From contig CANQKH010000001.1 in the NCBI GenBank assembly GCA_947624415.1, positions 33,604 to 97,603 on the forward strand: a DNA stretch of 64,000 nt, in the 5' to 3' direction. Positions within the stretch are counted from its first letter, which is position 1. Each line of letters starts with the position of its first letter. A model generated the notes under the pieces. It ran no database searches. It was not told the DNA's origin and worked only from the letters and a program-made list of their open reading frames with translations. This stretch comes from an uncultured Clostridia bacterium (GTDB taxonomy: Bacteria > Bacillota > Clostridia > Christensenellales > UBA1242). Below, one piece after another: positions 1-9,048 of this stretch. A program made the position numbers and the translations under genes.

Positions 1-1515
1 ATGCTTTTAGTTTTAATTGCACCTATTGCCCTTGTTGCTTGTGGCAAAGAAGATAAGAAAGTTGATGTTTATTACACAATCACTATAAATCAAATGACAA
101 ATGGAAGTGTCCAGGCAAACAAAACAAGTGCTTTAAGTGGTGATACAATTATTTTGACTATAAACGCCAGTGATGGATATGTGCTTGAAGAGGGTTCACT
201 AAAATACAATACAACTGTTATTGAAAATAATCAATTTATTATGCCAAGTGAAAATGTTGTAATTTATGCAAATTTTGTGGAAGAACATAACACTTACACA
301 ATAAATTATCATGTAAATGAGTGGACAACCAATACAAATCCAACCACATTTGTAGATGAAACAGAAGTCATAACTCTTGCAAATCCAATAAGAAAAGGTT
401 TTGATTTTGTTGGTTGGTATAGTGATGCAGATTGCACACAAAAAATAACACAAATTGAACAGGGCAGAACGGGAAATATTGATATTTATCCAAAATTTAA
501 TCAAATTTTTGAACTTGCGGGGAATGAAAATTCAAAAAGTATAGCCGGTCTAACTGCTTATGGAGAAACACTGCAAGAACTTGTAGTCCCAAACAGCATA
601 GACGGATTTGCTATACAGGATTTAGCAATTCAAAAGCCTTGCAACAATGTTGTTACATTGACAATTGAAGATGGAGTTCGACGTATAATTGCCTACCTTA
701 ACCTTTATAATTCTCCAAAATTAGAGACAGTCAATTTACCAAAAAGTATAAAAGTATTTGACGAGACAGCAAGTCTTTTTAGAAACTGCGAAAAGTTAAA
801 GACCATCAATTTGGATAGTGAAAATCCTTATCTCTTTTTACAAGATGGAGTTCTTTACCAAAGAGAGTCTGGAATTTTATTTGGCGAGCCTTATAATCAA
901 ATTTACTTGGTATGTTATCCAAATGGTTTAACAAAGCAAACATTCACAATTCCAGACAATGTAACTCATTTAACAAACTTTGGAAATGCAAAGTTTTCAA
1001 AGGTTGTTATTCCTGCAAGTGTTATAAAATTTTGTCCATTAGATGGCAATGAAAATCCTTTCAGCGAATGCCAATCTTTAAGTAATATTGAAGTCGACAC
1101 ATCAAACAACACATTCTTTGTGGAAAACAACATTTTATATGAGGTTAGACAATATAATATTAGAGTTGTTCATGCTGCAAAGGTTAGTGGAGTAGTTAAA
1201 ATTTTAGAGGAAAGGGAAATAAACAATACTATTTATGGTGATGGCGAAATGTTAGAAAATGCTTTTATCACTTGTAACAACTTAGAAGGAATAATATGTT
1301 CTGAAAGTGCAATCAGTATAAATATGGCAAGAAATAACCCCAATATTAAAATTTACTCAACAGAAGAAAGGCCAACACCTTCTGGCTGGTCGACATGGGC
1401 AGAAAGAGAGGAAATGCTTTTAGAATGCGACAACATTTATTGGTATAGCACAACTAATCAGTCAGATGGATATAATTATTGGCGATATGTCGGCAATAAT
1501 CCAGTGATTTGGTAA
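1..1515 (+). CDS. Surface lipoprotein (5' end probably upstream of window): Listeria-Bacteroides (Flg_new) repeat + BspA-type leucine-rich repeats
   Basis: ORF open from base 1. IALVAC lipobox at aa 9-14 lacks a charged n-region, so the true start is likely upstream. GFDFVGWYSDADC is the Flg_new signature. C-terminal half has LRR_5-like units. TAA stop followed by a hairpin terminator. Confidence 0.7.
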   Translation: MLLVLIAPIALVACGKEDKKVDVYYTITINQMTNGSVQANKTSALSGDTIILTINASDGYVLEEGSLKYNTTVIENNQFIMPSENVVIYANFVEEHNTYTINYHVNEWTTNTNPTTFVDETEVITLANPIRKGFDFVGWYSDADCTQKITQIEQGRTGNIDIYPKFNQIFELAGNENSKSIAGLTAYGETLQELVVPNSIDGFAIQDLAIQKPCNNVVTLTIEDGVRRIIAYLNLYNSPKLETVNLPKSIKVFDETASLFRNCEKLKTINLDSENPYLFLQDGVLYQRESGILFGEPYNQIYLVCYPNGLTKQTFTIPDNVTHLTNFGNAKFSKVVIPASVIKFCPLDGNENPFSECQSLSNIEVDTSNNTFFVENNILYEVRQYNIRVVHAAKVSGVVKILEEREINNTIYGDGEMLENAFITCNNLEGIICSESAISINMARNNPNIKIYSTEERPTPSGWSTWAEREEMLLECDNIYWYSTTNQSDGYNYWRYVGNNPVIW

Positions 1516-1557
1516 AAAAGAAGGCTTTTAACCTAACGGTTTAAAAGCCTTTTTTTA
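1514..1557. terminator. Bidirectional rho-independent terminator between convergent genes
   Basis: AAGGCTTTTAA (1521-1531) pairs with TTAAAAGCCTT (1541-1551), 9-nt loop, flanked by an A-run and a T-run. Confidence 0.7.
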
Positions 1558-1601
1558 GGAACGCAATAACAACGACGAGATTACATGGCGAAGCCTAAAA
1601 A

Positions 1602-2693
1602 TTAAAATTCAGCATTTGCGAGTTTGTCTGCTCTATCTTTAATTGTAAGTGCATCTATAAATAAATCGAGGTCGCCATTTAAAACATTTTCAAGGCTATA
1701 AGATGTAACGCCGACACGGTGGTCAGTAACTCTGCCTTGGGGATAATTGTAAGTTCTCACACGTTCGGAGCGGTCTCCGCTTCCAACTTGATTTTTTCTG
1801 TCTGCTTTGTATTGGTCTTCAATTTGCCCTTGATAAAAATCGTAAAGTTTGGAACGTAAAATTGACATTGCTCTTTCCTTATTTTTAATTTGCGAACGCT
1901 CGTCTTGGCATGAAACGACAATTCCGGTAGGCAGGTGGGTAATTCTTATTGCACTTTCAGTTTTGTTGACGTGTTGTCCGCCAGCCCCAGATGAGCGATA
2001 TGTATCAATTTTCAAATCTTTTTCTTCTATTTCAAATTCGACTTCTTCAATTTCTGGGAGAACGGCAACTGTAGAGGTTGAGGTGTGGATTCTGCCTTGG
2101 CTTTCAGTTTCAGGAACTCTTTGCACGCGGTGAACACCACTTTCATACTTGAAGCGACTGTAAGCACCGCGGCCTTTAACCATAAAAGTTATTTCCTTTA
2201 TGCCGCCAAGTTCTGTTGCGTTCAAATCGATAATTTCTGTTGTCCAACCTTTTTTCTCTGCATACATTGTATACATTCTGTGGAGTTCGTTGCAAAAAAG
2301 AGCGGATTCCTCACCACCAGCCGCCTGCCTTATTTCGATAATAACGTTGCTGTCGTCATTTGCATCCTTTGGGAGAAGTAAGATTTTCATTTCTTCAACT
2401 TTGTCTTCAATTTGTTTAGTGAGCGAGCCAATTTCGTCATAGAAGAGTTGTTTAAGGTCATGATCTGTCTCTTTTTCATACTCCTGTCGAGAAGTGTTCA
2501 ACTCGTCAACAAGTTTTTTAAGTTTATCATATTCTTGTGCCACTTCCTCAATGGCGGAACGCTCTTTGACAAGTTTTTTCCATTCGCGGTTGTCTGCTAT
2601 AATGTCTGGGTCAGATACAAGTTCTGTCAATTTTTCATATCTTTCCTTAGTTTTTGCTGTTTTTTCCAATATTTTATCTGCTATATCTTCCAT
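1602..2693 (-). CDS. prfA: Peptide chain release factor 1
   Basis: GGQ motif in SGAGGQHVNKTESAIRITHLPTG. RF1-type tripeptide region RVQRVPETESQGRIHTST (PxT, not the SPF of RF2). 363 aa, typical length. Confidence 0.95.
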   Translation of the reverse strand: MEDIADKILEKTAKTKERYEKLTELVSDPDIIADNREWKKLVKERSAIEEVAQEYDKLKKLVDELNTSRQEYEKETDHDLKQLFYDEIGSLTKQIEDKVEEMKILLLPKDANDDSNVIIEIRQAAGGEESALFCNELHRMYTMYAEKKGWTTEIIDLNATELGGIKEITFMVKGRGAYSRFKYESGVHRVQRVPETESQGRIHTSTSTVAVLPEIEEVEFEIEEKDLKIDTYRSSGAGGQHVNKTESAIRITHLPTGIVVSCQDERSQIKNKERAMSILRSKLYDFYQGQIEDQYKADRKNQVGSGDRSERVRTYNYPQGRVTDHRVGVTSYSLENVLNGDLDLFIDALTIKDRADKLANAEF

Positions 2694-4380
2694 AAATCAC
2701 CCTTTCAATTTTATTATAATCCTTTACAGAGTTAACGTTGTCAAAGCCTGCCTTTTGCATTAATTCTTCGACAACTTCTGCCTGCCCCTGACCAACTTCA
2801 AATAAAAGCCAGCCTTTTTTTGTCAATTTGGGTTTTGCCTCTTCAACAATACGCCTGTAAAAATCAAGCCCATCTTCTCCTCCATCTAGGGCGAGACGAG
2901 GGTCATATTTTTTTACTTCGACATCAAGTTTTTCAAGGTCTGCACTTTTAATGTATGGTGGATTTGAAACTATTATATCATACTTTTTTCCCTTTTTCAA
3001 ACTTTTAAATAAATCAGATTGACAAAAATCAATTTTTACCTCATTTTTTCGGGCATTATTTTGCGCGACAGCGAGTGCTTGCTTTGAAATATCACTTGCA
3101 AAAACTCTTGCACTTGTATATTTTTTTATTGCAACAGCAATCGCACCACTTCCTGTGCATAAATCCAAAACGTTTTTAAGGTCAAATTCATTAATTTTTT
3201 TAATGGCCTCCTCAACAAGAATTTCAGTTTCCATTCGAGGCGATAAGACTTTTTTGTTTACGTCAAATCTAAGCCCATAAAATTCAACAAAGCCAAAAAT
3301 ACTTGAAAGGGGTTCGCCTTTTGCACGTCTTTCACAGGCACGCATAATCTCTCTGTATTCCTTTATTCCCACACTGCGTTCAAGTTTTATTTCGGCACGA
3401 TTTTTTTGAAGAATGGTGGCAATAATCCAGTCGCGGTCGCTTTCATCATACTTGTCGCTTTGTTTTAACTTTGTTTCAAGTTCGGCAAAAAGGCTTGACA
3501 TAGAAACCCTGTCTTTTTCAATTTTTTGAAAATCACTGTAATTTGTCATTTCATTTATTGCCACGGCTAAAACCTCATTGTGAGTGGTGTTTGGTCGCAC
3601 ACTTACAAGCCAATTTGTAACTATTGCGACATCCCTTAAAAATCCAACTTTTGAAAGAGATGAGAAACGTAGAACCTCATATATTAATGGTATAGTTGCA
3701 AGAAAAATAAGGCTGTTTATCAAAAAATTTATTGGCCAAAATATATGCACCGATATTAATGATATCATAAAAGATGAAAAAAGAAAAACATTTAAAGCAA
3801 AATTTAGGTAATTAAGAGGATAAGTTCGAGGACGCAAAAGGTCTTCTTTGCCGCTCAAGTATACATTTCCTGCTCCGTTAAAGCCATAAAGCCCACCTGA
3901 AATGGGGAGAATGCGGACAATTGCAAGGGAGATATATATAAAGGAAAATCTTAGAAGGGCAATTATAAAGGAGCGAAAATAATAACTCTCAAAGGAAGGA
4001 AATGCCTTGTTGAAAAGAAGATTTGGAAGATAGGCAAGCACAATAAGACCATAAAGAAAGGCTGCAACAAGGGTTGCAATTGACACCAAAAAGGAGGAGG
4101 CAATAGTTATGTTCTTTGCAATTTTAAAACTTTTGTTTTTTTCCTTTTCTGGACGGTCTTCAAGGTCTTGGGTCAAATCTAGTGAAGAAAAATACAAAAA
4201 AATTCCCAAAAAGAAAAAGGTAAAGCCCCTTATTACAGGCAAAAAGAAAAACTTATTTAAGGGTTTAATTTTCTTTCCTCCAACACGCTTGTTGCCACTT
4301 GAATCTATAATGCTTACGCACAGCCTGTCTTTTTCATATAACCCCAATCCATTTCCCAAAGGTAAAATCATTTTTTCCAT
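2674..4380 (-). CDS. prmC: Fusion: polytopic membrane domain (diverged DUF1385-like) + release-factor glutamine N5-methyltransferase PrmC/HemK
   Basis: C-terminal ~270 aa has LDLCTGSGAIAVA (SAM motif I) and IIVSNPPYI (NPPY, minus strand 2953-2964). N-terminal ~290 aa has several hydrophobic segments plus LPVIRG and IPLIYEVLR motifs resembling DUF1385. 20-nt overlap with the prfA start. Confidence 0.8.
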   Translation of the reverse strand: MEKMILPLGNGLGLYEKDRLCVSIIDSSGNKRVGGKKIKPLNKFFFLPVIRGFTFFFLGIFLYFSSLDLTQDLEDRPEKEKNKSFKIAKNITIASSFLVSIATLVAAFLYGLIVLAYLPNLLFNKAFPSFESYYFRSFIIALLRFSFIYISLAIVRILPISGGLYGFNGAGNVYLSGKEDLLRPRTYPLNYLNFALNVFLFSSFMISLISVHIFWPINFLINSLIFLATIPLIYEVLRFSSLSKVGFLRDVAIVTNWLVSVRPNTTHNEVLAVAINEMTNYSDFQKIEKDRVSMSSLFAELETKLKQSDKYDESDRDWIIATILQKNRAEIKLERSVGIKEYREIMRACERRAKGEPLSSIFGFVEFYGLRFDVNKKVLSPRMETEILVEEAIKKINEFDLKNVLDLCTGSGAIAVAIKKYTSARVFASDISKQALAVAQNNARKNEVKIDFCQSDLFKSLKKGKKYDIIVSNPPYIKSADLEKLDVEVKKYDPRLALDGGEDGLDFYRRIVEEAKPKLTKKGWLLFEVGQGQAEVVEELMQKAGFDNVNSVKDYNKIERVIYGRYSR

Positions 4381-4481
4381 ATTGTAATTATTCCCATAAA
4401 TTATTGTTTAATAATTATAAAATTTAATTGAATGCTTGAAATTTTTATACGGTTGGGTTATAATAATAAAAAGAGGTCAAT

Positions 4482-5624
4482 ATGAAAAAATCGCAAGTTG
4501 CTCTAATTGGTATTTTATCCTGCATAATAATCATAAGCCTTACAGTTATTATTTTATTTTTCACAGTCCTAAACAAGGATGGTGAAAAGGTTTATGATGT
4601 TTCTCATTATGTCAGTTTAAAATTTGAATTAGATAAAAATGGTTATTCGGCAAAAGTTGCAAAAGCGGACAATCTTATATTAAGTGAAGATCTTGTTTTG
4701 CCAGAGAAGGTGTCTTTTGAAGACAATGTATATGAAATTGTTGAGATTGCCGACGAAGGCTTTGCAAACTGTGGAATTACATCAATTAAAATTCCTTCAA
4801 CAGTAAAGAGAATTGGCAATAAGGCATTTTACAAATGCGACAATGTTAAAGGAAACATACAATTTCCAAGCCAGTTGACATATATAGGGGATAGTGCATT
4901 CGAGGAATGCACATTTGAAGGTGATGTAGACATACCTGCCACAGTATCTTACATTGGGAGTTCAGCATTTAAAAACTGCACTTTTGATGGGGCAGTAACT
5001 CTTCCAACATCAATATCTGAAATTAAAGTCTCAACTTTTGAGGGATGCAAGAATATGAAGGGCAGAATAGATATCCCAAGCAATGTTAATTCAATAGGGC
5101 AAAGAGCGTTCTACGATTGCGAGAATATGACTCAACTTACATTGACTGATGGAATAGAACTTATTGCCGAGTATGCATTCTATAATTGTGGAATGAAAGG
5201 GGAGGTTAACATTCCAACCACAATCACAGAAGTCAAACGTTATTCATTTTATGGATGTAAGCAAATGAAGAATTTGCATTTTTCATCAAATACCGAAAAA
5301 ATTGGAAATTTTGCTTTTTCACATTGTTCCAATCTTGAAACGTTGACAATAACTGCCAATATATCAAGTATAGGGGTGCAGGCTTTTGGTGAATGTTCAA
5401 AGTTGAGAACAGTAATAATAAACAGCAGTTCAATCCTATGGGCGGCAGAAACAGCATCATCAGCAGGGTGCTTATATGATGTTACATACAGGCAATATAT
5501 TTACATAAGAAAGGATATAATAAATCCATCTGACAATAAAGTGCCTGATTATATCGACAGGTATTTTCAAAAGGTAAATGACGACCCTAATTATCCAGAC
5601 TATTTTGTCTATAGCAAAAGATGA
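4482..5624 (+). CDS. Membrane-anchored BspA-type leucine-rich-repeat surface protein
   Basis: N-terminal TM/signal anchor (VALIGILSCIIIISLTVIILFF). About 9 repeats of the pattern F..C..(I/L)..i.IP.sV..IG..AF..C (LRR_5 type). SD AGAGG before the ATG. Confidence 0.75.
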   Translation: MKKSQVALIGILSCIIIISLTVIILFFTVLNKDGEKVYDVSHYVSLKFELDKNGYSAKVAKADNLILSEDLVLPEKVSFEDNVYEIVEIADEGFANCGITSIKIPSTVKRIGNKAFYKCDNVKGNIQFPSQLTYIGDSAFEECTFEGDVDIPATVSYIGSSAFKNCTFDGAVTLPTSISEIKVSTFEGCKNMKGRIDIPSNVNSIGQRAFYDCENMTQLTLTDGIELIAEYAFYNCGMKGEVNIPTTITEVKRYSFYGCKQMKNLHFSSNTEKIGNFAFSHCSNLETLTITANISSIGVQAFGECSKLRTVIINSSSILWAAETASSAGCLYDVTYRQYIYIRKDIINPSDNKVPDYIDRYFQKVNDDPNYPDYFVYSKR

Positions 5625-5641
5625 TAATTAAATTTTCATTG

Positions 5642-5672
5642 AAAAGTTGTTCTATATGGAGCAACTTTTTTA
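5642..5672 (+). terminator. Rho-independent terminator
   Basis: AAAAGTTG (5642-5649) pairs with CAACTTTT (5662-5669), followed by Ts. Confidence 0.6.
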
Positions 5673-5815
5673 TAAATTTTTTCAATGTTAAATAAGGCAC
5701 AAATTAAATCAATACGTAGAGCCTATATCATTTTTATTCATCCGCCACAAGCCTAAAATAAGAGTTTAATAATCGCTTGCAAACCTATATAAAAAATTAA
5801 ATTTAAAAAAAATAG

Positions 5816-5844
5816 TTGTTTTTTAGATGTAAATCATTTATAAT
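5816..5844 (+). promoter_or_regulatory. Sigma-A type promoter positioned for a leaderless transcript
   Basis: TTGTTT (5816-5821), 17-nt spacer, TATAAT (5839-5844), 6 nt, then ATG at 5851. No Shine-Dalgarno sequence. Confidence 0.5.
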
Positions 5845-5850
5845 AATTCT

Positions 5851-7320
5851 ATGGATGAAACATTACAAAATTATTTAAGTGAATCTCAACAAAAAAATGT
5901 TGAGCAAAAACCGCAAAATGGTGATATTGCTCCCGAGAAAGCCCCTGCAAAACCGGCACCAAAGCCTTATCCAGTCTTTGGAACAGATATTACAATTCTT
6001 GAGGGGGACTTTATTGAGTTTTATAAAGCCAGAATGAAAATTATGGCTATAAAATTTAAACTTGTTGGACAAGTCAACAATAAAGGGGAATATGTAATAA
6101 ATGAAGATATTCGCCGCGACCTTGTGCGTATGGAAAAGGAAATTGAGGACAGCGGAGAAACTTTTTACAAGGCCATTGCTTTATATATGAGAAAGTATTT
6201 CTATTTTCATGTAAAAATAGAACAACAGGAAAATGGAATGGCAAAGGCGACTCTCTATTTGTCGGAATTTGTTGATGGCTTTTTGGGGCAAGATTATATA
6301 GTAACTCCTGTTGCCGAATATACATCAATAAACGATGATGAATTTAGGATAAGGGTAAGACGTGCCTTTCACCTTGTTGATGTTGAAGTTAAAAATGACG
6401 ACATGGCAGTTCCAGACCTAGCCGTAATAATGCAAGACGCACTTGATATGGAACTTTTACTTTGTGGGTTCTTCGATATGGCAAGCCAGGTATATTTGAT
6501 GAAAATGTTAAAAGCCCTCGAAGAAAGCAATAACGAAACTTGTTTAAGAGTTCTTGAAAGATATCACCAACTTTTGGCTCTTCAAAATTTAGATTTGAAT
6601 GATAAATATAAATATATAAAATACAAGGCACTACTGGACAATGCCATTGACGAAGTGGGAGGACTTGAAAAACTAGGACTTGGCGTTGACGTTTTAAAAC
6701 CAATAGTAAATGAATACAACAAAATAACGCAAATTATAACCACTGCAAGAAAGGGTATTCTTGAAATGGATACAGCGGTCAAACCAGAGGAACTTTTAAA
6801 AACGGCACCGACAATAAATAACAGACCGGCACCAAAAAAGACGGCAGGAATTCCAAAGCCAGCAGTTCAACCTGTCAAAAAGCCTGTTAATCAGCCAAAA
6901 AATATTGTAAAAAAACCAGAAGAAAAACGACCTTCATCGTCGTGGACGCCTGCCCCTGAGCCAAAGCCAAAGCCTGCGGACAGGACGGCGGGACGAGGAA
7001 AATTAGAGCCAACTCCTGCACCATCACCAGAACCACCTAAAGAACCTAATAGAGTTATAGGTGGGACGCCTGAAAATAGCAACGCAGACAAAGAGCCTAA
7101 GCCACCAATGAGCACCAATCCGCCTCCAGCGGCTTCTACAGAAGAAGATAGATTTGTAGATTTGACTGATGGTAGTGGAAGTGCGGAAGAAGAAGATTTG
7201 GGTAGAGACATGATGGAAACTGAAGATATGGAAAAAGATGACGACATGGTAGATTTGTATACTAATGATGAACCTGAACGTAAAATTGATGAAGAGGCAG
7301 GCTTGGAGAACGGGGCTTAA
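5851..7320 (+). CDS. Hypothetical protein with a folded N-terminal region and a proline/lysine-rich then acidic disordered tail
   Basis: 489-aa ORF. C-terminal ~170 aa are P/K/E-rich (PAPKKTAGIPKPAVQPVKKP..., then EEEDLGRDMMETEDMEKDDDM). No recognisable domain. Terminator downstream. Confidence 0.6.
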   Translation: MDETLQNYLSESQQKNVEQKPQNGDIAPEKAPAKPAPKPYPVFGTDITILEGDFIEFYKARMKIMAIKFKLVGQVNNKGEYVINEDIRRDLVRMEKEIEDSGETFYKAIALYMRKYFYFHVKIEQQENGMAKATLYLSEFVDGFLGQDYIVTPVAEYTSINDDEFRIRVRRAFHLVDVEVKNDDMAVPDLAVIMQDALDMELLLCGFFDMASQVYLMKMLKALEESNNETCLRVLERYHQLLALQNLDLNDKYKYIKYKALLDNAIDEVGGLEKLGLGVDVLKPIVNEYNKITQIITTARKGILEMDTAVKPEELLKTAPTINNRPAPKKTAGIPKPAVQPVKKPVNQPKNIVKKPEEKRPSSSWTPAPEPKPKPADRTAGRGKLEPTPAPSPEPPKEPNRVIGGTPENSNADKEPKPPMSTNPPPAASTEEDRFVDLTDGSGSAEEEDLGRDMMETEDMEKDDDMVDLYTNDEPERKIDEEAGLENGA

Positions 7321-7340
7321 TAAGAGTTGAAAAATATTTA

Positions 7341-7385
7341 AATGCATCTTAAATTGGGAGAATTTCAATTAGGATGCATTTTTTT
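7341..7385 (+). terminator. Rho-independent terminator
   Basis: AATGCATC (7341-7348) pairs with GATGCATT (7373-7380), then TTTTT. Confidence 0.6.
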
Positions 7386-7501
7386 GAAGATGAGAATTTT
7401 TTTGTGCAATCTCCAAACGACACTTTCAAACATTATGCAATTTAAATTCATGATTATTGGCAATAAAGTTTGCAAGCAATAGTCTTTACCTTTCTTGGCA
7501 A

Positions 7502-7535
7502 TTAAAAAAAGTGCACTTCAATTTAAGTGCACTTT
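7502..7535 (-). terminator. Rho-independent terminator of the 7555-8337 gene
   Basis: Perfect 11-bp stem AAAGTGCACTT / AAGTGCACTTT with a 6-nt loop. On the minus strand it is followed by a T-run (plus-strand A-run 7503-7510). Confidence 0.7.
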
Positions 7536-7554
7536 TAAATTGTGTTTTTATAAA

Positions 7555-8337
7555 TTAACGCTCTGATTCATCTTCCAAATTGTTGGCAGAATCTTTTAAA
7601 CTATTTTTCCAATTGTCAAATTCTTTCTTTCTTTTATCAATGGCATTTAATACTATTTCATCATCATCCTTTGAATAGTAGTCATTGTAGAAGTTTTTAT
7701 AGAATGTTTCATTTGTTTTTAAGTCAAAGATTTCTTGTTCAACGGCATCAAGGACTGCAACATCATCATAACCATTTATTTTAAGTTGATAATTTCCATT
7801 TTCACCTGTTACAACGCCATCTAACATTTTTGCATAGTCAAGTCCTATTGGCATAATATCCTCTTTCTTTTGAAGATATAATGAAACGGTGAGAGGGTCG
7901 CGATTTTTAAATTTGTCAATAGTGTTTTCTGTTGACTTATATTCTCTCCATTTGCAATATTTATCGCAGAAATCTTTGTTTGAGTTTGTGTAAAAATATC
8001 CAGCAAATAGATAAGATAACCCTTTTCCACAATTAGATAGATTTGAGAAATCTACGCAGGCAGCCCTGTCATTTTCAAGTTTAGAAGCAAGGAATCTTAA
8101 CTTATTTGTAAATTCATAAGTTTTCATTCCTGTTTCACTGTCTGGATATTTTACAATATCATGGCTTCCAAGTTGTTTCCTAAAATTCTTAATTGCTTCA
8201 GGCCCTTGTTTAATTGCTTTTGTCAATTGATTCAAGGCAACAACCATATTGTAATTGTTCTCCTTAATCTTTTTTACTTGGTCAGGAGTCATACCTTTTT
8301 GGCTGTTAAAATCTAAATAATAAGGATTGTTTTTCAT
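7555..8337 (-). CDS. Hypothetical cytoplasmic protein
   Basis: 260-aa ORF with a strong SD (AAGAGGTGA) before the ATG and its own terminator. No motif recognised. Confidence 0.6.
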   Translation of the reverse strand: MKNNPYYLDFNSQKGMTPDQVKKIKENNYNMVVALNQLTKAIKQGPEAIKNFRKQLGSHDIVKYPDSETGMKTYEFTNKLRFLASKLENDRAACVDFSNLSNCGKGLSYLFAGYFYTNSNKDFCDKYCKWREYKSTENTIDKFKNRDPLTVSLYLQKKEDIMPIGLDYAKMLDGVVTGENGNYQLKINGYDDVAVLDAVEQEIFDLKTNETFYKNFYNDYYSKDDDEIVLNAIDKRKKEFDNWKNSLKDSANNLEDESER

Positions 8338-8544
8338 TATTCACCTCTTTTAATTTCGTATTGTTATACTTTTACATGGATATAATAGCATAAATTTTCC
8401 AATTTGTAAATAGTCTTTTTAAAATTTTTTTAATTTTTTGCACAAAATTGCCCTAAAAAGTGATTTTTAGTCTATATATATTATTATATAAAATTCATAT
8501 AATTATGTATTATATTCAAAATTAAAAAAAATTTAAACTTTTTA

Positions 8545-8574
8545 TTGAAATTTGGTGTTAATATATGCTATACT
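8545..8574 (+). promoter_or_regulatory. Sigma-A type promoter with extended -10
   Basis: TTGAAA (8545-8550), 18-nt spacer ending in TGc, TATACT (8569-8574). Lies upstream of the GTG-start gene at 8631. Confidence 0.5.
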
Positions 8575-8630
8575 AAAACTAGAATTATTATTAATCCTTT
8601 TAATGATTCAATAATTTCGGGGAGGATATT

Positions 8631-9044
8631 GTGAACGAAAATATTAAAAAGAATTTAAACAAAGTTTTATCTGCAAACAAGAAATGGCCTATTATTTTAG
8701 AGGGGGTTGACGCAAATGAGTTTTCAAAAGCGACAGTTATACCTGCCACTTTGCCATCAAGTCAACTTGGAGTTATAAATGATATAAACGGACTTGTAAA
8801 ACCAGGCTGGGTTGTTGCAGTCGAGGGCAATGCTAAAAATAAAACAAATCTTCTTGTTATATCGGGCATTGACAAACTTGAAAAGGGTCAACAAAGAAAG
8901 TTTAGAAATCTTTTAGATTCAAAAAGTCTAAATGGTTATCAACTCCCAGAGAATCTTCAAATTGCTTTAACAATAGATATGGGAAACAGGGATAAATTAG
9001 ACGAGGAGATTTTATCATTAACAATTTATTATAAGGCGGAGTAA
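8631..9044 (+). CDS. Small protein resembling a degenerate AAA+ (MoxR/AAA_5-like) core without Walker A/B
   Basis: GTG start after SD GGGGAGGA. PIILEGVDANEFSKAT sits where hhhGppGtGKT is expected. LLVISGIDKLEKGQQRKFRNLLD sits where hhhhDE + helix is expected. LQIALTIDMGN is a sensor-1-like strand. Stop is 4 nt before the next gene. Confidence 0.4.
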   Translation: MNENIKKNLNKVLSANKKWPIILEGVDANEFSKATVIPATLPSSQLGVINDINGLVKPGWVVAVEGNAKNKTNLLVISGIDKLEKGQQRKFRNLLDSKSLNGYQLPENLQIALTIDMGNRDKLDEEILSLTIYYKAE

Positions 9045-9048
9045 AATT

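Noticed and set aside
1849-2763. Stack of 80-107-aa plus-strand ORFs
   Set aside because: All are antisense to prfA and prmC, which have unambiguous motif support.
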